A stretch of 53,911 bases of DNA, taken from the NCBI GenBank assembly GCA_028876375.1, contig JAGWSB010000004.1, positions 1 to 53,911 on the forward strand, written 5' to 3'. A program made the translations under genes and the position numbers. A model generated the notes under the pieces. It worked only from the letters and a program-made list of their open reading frames with translations. It did not search any database and was not told the DNA's origin. Positions 39,368-46,999 of this stretch are shown here, piece by piece. Within the stretch, counting starts at the first letter, position 1; every line of letters begins with the position of its first letter. Source of the DNA: Chloroflexota bacterium. GTDB taxonomy: Bacteria > Chloroflexota > Limnocylindria > P2-11E.

Positions 39368-40066
39368 ATGCAGACGGCAACAACGCAATCACCTGTCCAG
39401 TCAACGTCGACCTCTGAGGTCAAGCGGCCCGTGCGCATCCTCCTCTGCGACGACCACGAGGTCGTGCGCGAGGGGCTGCGGACCCTCTTGGCCGGCCGGT
39501 CGGACATGCGTGTGGTCGCCGAGGCGGGCACCGCGGCGGACGCCATCGAGGCGGCCGCGCGAGAGACGCCGGACGTCGTGATCATGGACGTCCGCCTCCC
39601 CGACGGGAGCGGGGTCGAGGCCTGCCGCGCCATCCGTGAGATCCTTCCGGCGACGCGCGTGATCATGCTCACGTCGTACCCCGACGACGAGGCGCTCTAC
39701 GCCTCGATCGTGGCCGGCGCCTCCGGCTACCTCCTCAAGCAGACGCGCGCACGCGCGCTCGTCGAGGCCATCGAGACCGTGTCGCGGGGCCGCGCCCTGC
39801 TCGATCCGGACGTCACCGCGCGCGTCCTCGAGCGCGTCCGCAAGGGCCGCGCCGACGAGGACCCCGCGCTGGGGGCGCTGACCGACCAGGAGCGCCGCGT
39901 GCTCGAGCAGCTCGCCACCGGCAAGACGAACCGCGAGATCGGCGAGGCGCTGTTCCTCTCCGAGAAGACGGTGAAGAACTACGTCAGCCGGATCCTCGAG
40001 AAGCTCGGCCTGCACCGCCGCGCCGAGGCCGCCGCGTTCGCCGCGCGCCGAGGGATGAGCTCCTAG
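39368..40066 (+). CDS. Second DosR/DevR-like response regulator
   Basis: Close paralog of 38588..39238 with the same recognition helix FLSEKTVKNYVSRIL. Confidence 0.92.
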   Translation: MQTATTQSPVQSTSTSEVKRPVRILLCDDHEVVREGLRTLLAGRSDMRVVAEAGTAADAIEAAARETPDVVIMDVRLPDGSGVEACRAIREILPATRVIMLTSYPDDEALYASIVAGASGYLLKQTRARALVEAIETVSRGRALLDPDVTARVLERVRKGRADEDPALGALTDQERRVLEQLATGKTNREIGEALFLSEKTVKNYVSRILEKLGLHRRAEAAAFAARRGMSS

Positions 40067-40365
40067 CGGACCTCGCGTAGCCCATCCGGTCGAGCGTGCT
40101 TCGTCGCACCGCCGTGTGCGGTGCGTGATGCGTCCGGCCTAGACGTCATGCCGTCCGGCCTCATCGGCCTGCCGTACATCCCGAGCCCGATCGCGCGGGA
40201 TGCATCTGATCGGCCCACGTGCCCGTGCCGGACGGCATCGACGATGTCCCGACAGTCCCCACGGCGAGTCGCCACATGTCCCTGCTCACTGTCCCATCCG
40301 TACCGCCCGGAACGATCCGAATGCCGCTTCAGCGACGAGGGGCCTAGGCCGGATGCTCCGACCGT

Positions 40366-41157
40366 ATGGCGGATCAGGCGAAGTCCACCGGACCACGCGA
40401 AGCATCCCGTCGTCGTCTACTGAGTGCCTTTGTAGCCGGTGGGGTGGGTCTTGCGGCTGTCCCGCTGGTGCCGATCGCCTTCCCGCAAGCGGAAGCCGCG
40501 ACGCCTCCGAAGAAGAAGCGGCAGTGGGCGATGGTCATCGACCTTCGCCGCTGCGACGGCTGCAAGAAGTGCACCGAGGCGTGCCAGACCACGCACGATC
40601 TGCCTCAGACCTTCGAGTGGATCAAGGTCTTCGAGGTCCAGGACAAGCAGGGCGGCTCGTACTTCATGCCGCGTCCGTGCATGCACTGCGAGAACGCGCC
40701 GTGCCTCCGCGTCTGCCCCGTCGCCGCGACTTTCAAGACGGACGAGGGCGTCATCCTCGTCGACCAGAGCCGCTGCATCGGCTGCCGCATGTGCATGGCG
40801 GCATGCCCCTACGGCGCGCGCTACTTCAACTTCGCTGACCCGCCGAAGCCCCCGAGCCCGTTCGCGCAGCCGACGCCCGAGCATCCCGTCCCGCAGATCA
40901 AGGGCACCGTCGGCAAGTGCATGCTGTGCGTCCACAACACCGTCGACGGCAAGCTCCCCGCGTGCGTCAGCGCGTGCGGGATGCAGGCGCTGTGGATCGG
41001 CGACCTCGTCGAGGACGTCGCGACGAACGGGACCGACACCGTCCGCTTGTCGTCGCTCCTCAAGGACAACGACGCCTTCCGCTACAAGGAAGAGCTCGGC
41101 ACGAGCCCGCGCGTCTATTACATCGCCGGCCACGGCCAGGCGCTGCAGGGCGCGTGA
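40366..41157 (+). CDS. Tat-exported 4x[4Fe-4S] electron transfer subunit (NrfC/DsrO/QrcC-like)
   Basis: SRRRLL Tat signal; CDGCKKCTEAC, CMHCENAPCLRVCP, CIGCRMCMAACP, KCMLC...PACVSAC. Confidence 0.92.
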   Translation: MADQAKSTGPREASRRRLLSAFVAGGVGLAAVPLVPIAFPQAEAATPPKKKRQWAMVIDLRRCDGCKKCTEACQTTHDLPQTFEWIKVFEVQDKQGGSYFMPRPCMHCENAPCLRVCPVAATFKTDEGVILVDQSRCIGCRMCMAACPYGARYFNFADPPKPPSPFAQPTPEHPVPQIKGTVGKCMLCVHNTVDGKLPACVSACGMQALWIGDLVEDVATNGTDTVRLSSLLKDNDAFRYKEELGTSPRVYYIAGHGQALQGA

Positions 41158-42524
41158 TGGATCGACGGACGCGCGGCCTCTACATCGAGCGCGCCGTTTG
41201 GCCCATCGGCCGCGGCGACCGCAACTTCTGGATCGCCGTCGCCGTGCTCGGCGCTGTCGTCGCCGCGGGCGTCTACGCCTGGATCTACCAAGTCCAGCGC
41301 GGGCTGTGGGTGACCGGCCTCAACCAGAAGGTCTCGTGGGGCTTCTACATCATCAACTGCGTCTTCTTCATCGGCATCAGCTACGGCGGCGCGATGACGA
41401 GCGCGATCCTCCGGCTGACGAACGCCAAGTGGCGCGCCCCGCTCACGAGGATCGCGGAGGCGACGGCGGTCGCGGCTCTCCTGGTCGGGGCGGTCTACCC
41501 GATCGTCGACCTCGGCCGCCCCGACCGCTTCGTCAACATCATCCGCTACGCCCAGATCGGATCCCCGATCGTGTGGGACGTCACCGCGATCACGACGTAC
41601 ATGATCGCCAGCTTCGTATTTCTCTACCTGCCGCTCATCCCCGACCTGGCCGTCGCGCGTGAGGCGCTCAGCCTGTCGCACCGCCGGGAAGCGAAGCTCC
41701 TCGCGCCCGTCTACCGCTTCCTCTCCCTCGGCTGGCGCGGGCGCCCCGCGCAGGAGCGTGCGCTCGCACGCGGGGTCGGGATCATGGCCGTGCTCATCAT
41801 CCCGCTCGCGGTCTCCGTGCACTCCGTGCTCGCGTGGCTCTTCGCCGTGACCGTCCGCGCCGAGTGGCACAGCACGATCTTCGCGCCGCTCTTCGTCCTC
41901 GGGGCGATGTTCTCGGGGGTCGCGGCCGTGATCGTCGTCATCGCGGCCTTCCGCAAGGTCTACGGCCTGCAGCGGTTCATCGAGGCGAAGCACTTCCGGT
42001 ACCTGTCGTATCTGCTCATCGCCCTCGGCGCCGCCTACATCTACTTCATGGTCAGCGAGTACATCACCGACGGGTACGTCTTCGAGGAGTCGACGACGCC
42101 GGTCATGGAAGCGCTCTTCACCGGCCCGTTCGCCATCGCGTTCTGGGCCTTCAGCATCGGCGGGCTGCTGCTCCCCATCGTCATCGCCGCTCTGCCGGGC
42201 CGCTTCCCGATCGCCCGCGCCGTCGGAGCGTCGGGCCTGGTCATCGCCGGGATGTGGCTGAAGCGCTTCCTCATCGTCGTGCCCGGCATGGCCGAGCCGA
42301 TCATGCCGTGGGACTGGGGCCGCTACTCACCCTCGTGGGTGGAGGTCACGATCACGCTCGGATCGGCGGCGGCGATCCCGCTCATGCTCATCCTCTTCTT
42401 CCGCTTCTTCCCGGTCATGTCGGTCCACGAGCTCGACGAGGTCGAGGGCCGCTACGAGCCGGCGCACGCGCCCCTCGCTCCCGGATACGCACCGCTGTAC
42501 GCGGGTGGAGGCGGAGATGACTAG
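41157..42524 (+). CDS. NrfD/PsrC-family quinol-interacting membrane subunit (DsrP/QrcD/ActC-like)
   Basis: WGFYIINCVFFIGIS, RIAEA, DLGRPDR, SPIVWD, SVHSV, W.STIFAP.F, YSPSWVE. Confidence 0.92.
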   Translation: MDRRTRGLYIERAVWPIGRGDRNFWIAVAVLGAVVAAGVYAWIYQVQRGLWVTGLNQKVSWGFYIINCVFFIGISYGGAMTSAILRLTNAKWRAPLTRIAEATAVAALLVGAVYPIVDLGRPDRFVNIIRYAQIGSPIVWDVTAITTYMIASFVFLYLPLIPDLAVAREALSLSHRREAKLLAPVYRFLSLGWRGRPAQERALARGVGIMAVLIIPLAVSVHSVLAWLFAVTVRAEWHSTIFAPLFVLGAMFSGVAAVIVVIAAFRKVYGLQRFIEAKHFRYLSYLLIALGAAYIYFMVSEYITDGYVFEESTTPVMEALFTGPFAIAFWAFSIGGLLLPIVIAALPGRFPIARAVGASGLVIAGMWLKRFLIVVPGMAEPIMPWDWGRYSPSWVEVTITLGSAAAIPLMLILFFRFFPVMSVHELDEVEGRYEPAHAPLAPGYAPLYAGGGGDD

Positions 42525-43203
42525 GGGCCTGCGCGTCCTCATCGCGGTACTCGCCCTCGTGGCCGCGACGGTGGTCCTCCAGCTCGACCTCCGGGGGCTG
42601 CTCCCAGGGCAAGTGCGCCTCGAGGCACCCAACACCATGCTCATGTCACCGCCGTCGAGCGGTCAGGGCGCGCCCGGTGGCGTGAGCGCTCAGCGTCCGG
42701 CCGCCGCGGCGGCGCCGAACGCCGCGCGCGTGCAGCTCCGGACGAGCGCGGCGGCCAGCGCGCCCGACGGGTACGTGCTGGCGGCGAGCGTCGCTACACC
42801 GGACGGGCGCCCCGCCGCGGGAGCGACCGTGACCTTCTACGAGGTGGTCGACCTCCTCGGCTCCCGCGAGATGCTCATCGACTCGGCGACGAGCGATGGA
42901 CGAGGGAACGCGTCCGTGGTGTACCTCCCCGCGCGCGCCGGCAGCCACGAGATCGTCGCGCGCTCGACCGGGATCGCCAAGGCGGCGTCGGGCGAGGCCC
43001 GTTCGACCCTCGAGGCGACCGTCACCGCCAAGGCGTATGCGCCAGAGACGCCCTCGATCTCGGCGTTCTACAACGCGGTGCCCTACGGGGTCGGTCTGGT
43101 CGTCCTCGCGGTCTGGCTCCTCATCGCGTTCGCGCTCCTCGGCACGGCTCGCGGCGTCGTTCGCGGCGCACGCAGAGAAGAAGAGAAGGGGGTCATCGCA
43201 TGA
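42517..43203 (+). CDS. Hypothetical membrane-anchored Ig-like domain protein
   Basis: N- and C-terminal TM helices flanking a beta-rich domain (SDGRGNASV, GSHEIVAR). Confidence 0.75.
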   Translation: MTRGLRVLIAVLALVAATVVLQLDLRGLLPGQVRLEAPNTMLMSPPSSGQGAPGGVSAQRPAAAAAPNAARVQLRTSAAASAPDGYVLAASVATPDGRPAAGATVTFYEVVDLLGSREMLIDSATSDGRGNASVVYLPARAGSHEIVARSTGIAKAASGEARSTLEATVTAKAYAPETPSISAFYNAVPYGVGLVVLAVWLLIAFALLGTARGVVRGARREEEKGVIA

Positions 43204-43820
43204 CCAAGCTGGTCCTCCGCGTCCTCGCGTCCGGCGTCGCGCTCGTCCTGGTCGCGGCGTCCTGCGGTGCATCGACCGGCGAAGGCGCACCCGCGGCACC
43301 CGCGGCGAGCGCAGCCCCGGCGACGCAGGCGCAGGCTGCGACCGCCGCGGCACCCGCCCAGCCCCAGTTCCTCGTCGTGATGGGCGACACGATCCGCGGG
43401 AACCTCGGCCTCAACAAGACCGAGATACTCACGACCGCACCCGGCATCCACTGCACCCAGCAGAACCGCTTCCCGCAGGGGGGCCGCATCGTCTGGCGAA
43501 TGAAGGTCATGGACCCTGCGACGGGCAAGTACATGGACAACAAGCAGATCGCGTCGTTCACGATCACCTACCCCGACGGTAAGACCGACAAGCTCGCGTA
43601 CGGCGGACACGGCGGGACCAAGGAGAAGCCGGCCGACATGCTCTGGGCCGTTGGCTACACGGTCCCGAACGACTACCCGACCGGGCTCTTCCCGGTGAAG
43701 ATCGTCGCGACGGATCTCGAGGGACGCACCGGCACCTTCGACCAGTTCAAGGTCGACATCGCGCAGCTCACGATCGTCCCGAAGGGCATGGACTACCCCG
43801 AGAGCCACGAAGCGAAGTAG
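43200..43820 (+). CDS. Hypothetical lipoprotein, beta-sandwich
   Basis: Lipobox VAASC, Ala/Pro linker, HCTQQNRF..IVWRMKV..YGGH..DYPTG; ATGA coupling. Confidence 0.82.
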   Translation: MTKLVLRVLASGVALVLVAASCGASTGEGAPAAPAASAAPATQAQAATAAAPAQPQFLVVMGDTIRGNLGLNKTEILTTAPGIHCTQQNRFPQGGRIVWRMKVMDPATGKYMDNKQIASFTITYPDGKTDKLAYGGHGGTKEKPADMLWAVGYTVPNDYPTGLFPVKIVATDLEGRTGTFDQFKVDIAQLTIVPKGMDYPESHEAK

Positions 43821-43845
43821 GCGAGCGGCCACGCGTTGAGGAGCA

Positions 43846-43879
43846 GGGGGCGTCGTGGTCAGGGGACCGCGACGCCCCC
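43846..43879 (+). terminator. Strong intergenic hairpin (terminator or mRNA stabiliser)
   Basis: 15-bp stem gggggcgtcgtggtc/gaccgcgacgccccc with a 4-nt loop; no U-tract. Confidence 0.5.
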
Positions 43880-43898
43880 ATGCGAAAGGAATGCATCG

Positions 43899-45404
43899 AT
43901 GCGACTGACAAGGATCCTTGCGCTCAACGCGCTCGTCGGAGCGGCGCTGGTGGGCGCGGCCTGCGGCCAGTCCGGACCGAGCGCCTCGCGGTCACCCGCG
44001 ACGGCGCAGCCGTCCAAGGCCGCCGGCCCGGCGACGGCGGCGCCCGGCGCCGCGGCGTCCCAGCAGGCCATGGACGTCACCGGCAAGTTCACGCTCCAGC
44101 CCGCGCACGGCCCGTGGGACACCAAGGTGACCGCGACCGCCGTGGGGCTCAAGCCGGCGACCGCGTACGACCTCGTGTGGACCGGCGCCAAGGTGCAGTG
44201 GAAGCTCTCGGATGACCGGAGCAAGTACCTCGGACGCGACTACACGACGACGAAGCAGGTGCTGCGGACGATCACGACCGATGCGGCCGGCTCCTTCGTC
44301 GCCACGTTCCCCGTCCCGCAGGGCTTCGGCTATGGGCACGACGTCCAGGTGGTCGACAAGGAGAACGTGATCCGGAACAAGAGCCTCTTCGACGTCGACA
44401 TGGTGACGACCATCACTCCGACCAGCGGACCGGTCGGCACGCCGATCACCGTCGAGGTCAAGGGCATCGGCTACCAGTCGTACCAGAACAGCTTCCAGCT
44501 CGACTACGACAACGCGTACACGGGATGGATCTCGTCCGTCACGACGGACGGCTACGCGAAGCTCGTCATCCCCGCGACCGGCGGGGTGGGCGCGCACTAC
44601 ATCACGATCGGGCACAGCGAGTTCGGCGCGCCGTATCTCAACCCGCAGCAGCAGCCCGTCGTCGCGTCGCGCCCCTTCCCGCACATCGCGTTCACCATCA
44701 CTCCCGGCGACGGCGTCGTCCCGCCTCCGGCGGCGCAGCAGGGCTTGCCGCAGATGGCCGCGAGGCCGGTGGACAAGGGCATCTGGACGTCACCCGCGGG
44801 CGCGACGGTCGGCACGCCCGCGACGCTCGAGGCGAAGGCGCTGCCCGCCGGCAGCGACGTGGAGATCCTCTGGACGACGCAGGTCGGGAACCGCTCGGTG
44901 ACGGGATTCGAGGAGCGCACGAGCACGCTCGGCAAGACGCGCACCGACGCGAACGGCGCCTTCAGCTGGTCCTTCGCGGTCCCCGACGACCTCGGCGGGT
45001 ACCACACCGTCAGCGCGAAGATCGGCGATGCCGTCGTCGCGAAGACGCAGCTCTACATCCTCGCGAGCGCACTTCCGCTCAACGTCGACCGCGGTCCATC
45101 AGGCACGACGACGACGGTGCATCTCAAGGGTGTCGGCTGGACGGAGACCGAGCAGATCTACCACCTCGTGTACGACAACGCGTTCGCGGGATACACCTGC
45201 GCGTTCCAGAGCAAGGGCGACATCACGGTGAACCTCACCGTGTCCGGCGCTCCGGGGTGGCACTTCATCGACATGTACCCGGGGATCTTCCAGGGCACCG
45301 AGACGCGGCCCGCCAACTACAAGATGCCGCAGCTCACCGCGCTCGACGACCACCCCGGTGAGAAGCTTCCGGTCTTCCGCTTCGCCTTCTTCGTGACGCA
45401 ATGA
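43899..45404 (+). CDS. Hypothetical lipoprotein with four Ig-like modules (ABAB internal repeat)
   Basis: Lipobox VGAAC; repeated GPxxT module starts, TDAxGxF...H and YDNA.....G.H segments. Confidence 0.85.
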   Translation: MRLTRILALNALVGAALVGAACGQSGPSASRSPATAQPSKAAGPATAAPGAAASQQAMDVTGKFTLQPAHGPWDTKVTATAVGLKPATAYDLVWTGAKVQWKLSDDRSKYLGRDYTTTKQVLRTITTDAAGSFVATFPVPQGFGYGHDVQVVDKENVIRNKSLFDVDMVTTITPTSGPVGTPITVEVKGIGYQSYQNSFQLDYDNAYTGWISSVTTDGYAKLVIPATGGVGAHYITIGHSEFGAPYLNPQQQPVVASRPFPHIAFTITPGDGVVPPPAAQQGLPQMAARPVDKGIWTSPAGATVGTPATLEAKALPAGSDVEILWTTQVGNRSVTGFEERTSTLGKTRTDANGAFSWSFAVPDDLGGYHTVSAKIGDAVVAKTQLYILASALPLNVDRGPSGTTTTVHLKGVGWTETEQIYHLVYDNAFAGYTCAFQSKGDITVNLTVSGAPGWHFIDMYPGIFQGTETRPANYKMPQLTALDDHPGEKLPVFRFAFFVTQ

Positions 45405-45410
45405 AAAGGA

Positions 45411-45445
45411 GCCGGTCCGCGCTCGAGCGAGGGGCGCGGATCGGC
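45411..45445 (+). terminator. Hairpin after the operon end
   Basis: gccggtccgcgc/gcgcggatcggc stem just after the stop codon. Confidence 0.4.
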
Positions 45446-45576
45446 ACCACCCTTTCGCGTGGGACCGCTCCGCCGATGTGCCCGATCGCAGGGGCCGTAT
45501 GCAGGATGCCCTCGGGCCTGATAGCGCTACCGAGCACGCCGACCGCCGCGTACCGTCGGTCGCCGGAGGAATAGAG

Positions 45577-46221
45577 GTGGCAGTACACGTTCCGGCGCTT
45601 CCGCGTCCCGACGTCTGGCACCGGCGCTTCGGCCCGACGCTGGCGCTCCTCCTCGTGCTCGTTCCCTTCGCCGCCATCCTCACGGTGGCCGCGCTCTCGG
45701 CGGCGCCCGCGGACGAGACCGACGTCGCGGTCACCCTCAACGACACCGCCGCGCTCGTCGACTCCCATGCCGAGGCGATGCTCACCGTGGGGCAGCGCAT
45801 CACCGCCGCGGCGCAGGCGTCGAGCGCTTCCGACCGCCTCTCGTGGATCGCCTACGGGCAGCACATGGTCTCGGACGGCAAGGACCTGCAGGGCCTGGCT
45901 TCGCGCATGCGAGACGACGCCGTCGTCGCCGCGGAGGACCCGCTGCACAGCGGACGCAACGTCGCCGTCAGCGCGCTGCAAGCGCGCTGGGAGCAGCTGA
46001 AGGCCGACGGCCAGACGACGGCGACGCACGGTCGCGTCATGCAATCGATCACTCAGGACATGGCGCCCGCCATCTCGAGCGGCATCGTCAGCGCCGCGGA
46101 CGCGAAGAAGCTCCAGGACGCATCGACCGGGATGGTCGACGCGGGCGAGCGCATCGTGAGCGCGGCGAACGTCCTCCTCGCGTCGACGGATCAGATGCAG
46201 CGCTGGATGGGCAACCCCTAG
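45577..46221 (+). CDS. Hypothetical membrane-anchored helical protein with His/Met motifs
   Basis: SD GGAGG, N-terminal TM, all-alpha character, SHAEAM / GQHM / THGRVM. Confidence 0.75.
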   Translation: MAVHVPALPRPDVWHRRFGPTLALLLVLVPFAAILTVAALSAAPADETDVAVTLNDTAALVDSHAEAMLTVGQRITAAAQASSASDRLSWIAYGQHMVSDGKDLQGLASRMRDDAVVAAEDPLHSGRNVAVSALQARWEQLKADGQTTATHGRVMQSITQDMAPAISSGIVSAADAKKLQDASTGMVDAGERIVSAANVLLASTDQMQRWMGNP

Positions 46222-46352
46222 AGCATCCCCAGCGCCGCGGCATCACTCCGCGAACGAGCTGACGAGGCGTTTGCCTCGCCCGGCCGACCGACGGCGGGCC
46301 CGGCGTGTCCCGCCACGTCCCGAACGTAGGAGGGCAGCCCGCGGCGCCACAG

Positions 46353-46405
46353 AGCCCGAACGACCCCGGGTAGGGGGCGGGACGGCCCTGGGGGACCGAC
46401 GATCC
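46353..46405. promoter_or_regulatory. Three DosR-box-like sites upstream of the PCYCGC gene
   Basis: agcccgaacgaccc, gggcgggacggccc, gggaccgacgatcc. Confidence 0.5.
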
Positions 46406-46424
46406 GAGCGCGGACTATCCGCCC

Positions 46425-46892
46425 GTGCGCCGCCGCGCTTTCCTCTTCCTCGGGGCGAGCTCCCTCTCCACGGCCTGCATCCGCGCGTTGCGCACCCCCA
46501 CCGCATGGCAGTCGCAGTCGGCGCCGCCGGCGTCGAAGATGGCCGCCAACCCCAGCGCCGGGATGTGGCCGGACGCGCTGGGGGCGACGCCGGCGGCGAC
46601 GCAGGAGGCGTACAAGTGGGCCGCCGTGAACCGGGCCACTCTCCGCTACATCCCCTGCTACTGCGGCTGCGCGGGTATCGGCCACAAGGACAACTTCGAC
46701 TGCTACGTCAGCGAGATCCGCGACGGCGGCTGGCTGGTGCTCTCCGACCACGCCCTGGGCTGACGCACATGCGTGGACATCACGCGTGACGTGATGACGA
46801 GCCTCCCGACGCAGAGCCTCAAGGACATCCGAGCCGCCATCGATGCCAAGTACTCCGGCGTCGGGCGCGGGACGCCCACCATCCTCCCTTAG
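46425..46892 (+). CDS. PCYCGC-motif lipoprotein, predicted selenoprotein (UGA 46761-46763 = Sec, UxxC)
   Basis: RRR..STAC signal, YIPCYCGC...H..N.DCY. After TGA the frame continues RTCVDI...SLKDIRAAIDAKY..TP, matching the family C-terminus. Confidence 0.85.
46778..46796 (+). promoter_or_regulatory. Candidate bacterial SECIS hairpin
   Basis: catcacg-cgtga-cgtgatg stem-loop beginning 15 nt after the UGA, with G/GU in the apical loop. Confidence 0.6.
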
Positions 46893-46911
46893 GAAGGCGC
46901 TCACTAAAGGT

Positions 46912-46961
46912 GTCCCAAAAGGTCCGGGCCGGAAGGCCCATAGGGTTGCGCCGTAGGTCCC
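46912..46961. promoter_or_regulatory. DosR-box-like sites upstream of the regulator-bcr operon
   Basis: gtcccaaaaggtcc, gggccggaaggccc (46926-46939), gcgccgtaggtccc. Confidence 0.6.
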
Positions 46962-46999
46962 TGTTCGCCGCCAAGCGGCGCCGACACTGTTCGGACAAG

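Noticed and set aside
40063-40423. Small ORFs upstream of nrfC
   Set aside because: No convincing protein features; they overlap inverted repeats and box half-sites
40915-40935. KCMLCVH as a c-type heme site
   Set aside because: It is CxxCxH, part of the standard fourth Fe-S motif of NrfC-type proteins, not CxxCH
46761-46763. Nonsense pseudogene interpretation of the PCYCGC gene
   Set aside because: The TGA falls on a conserved Cys position, the downstream frame is intact and a SECIS-like hairpin follows
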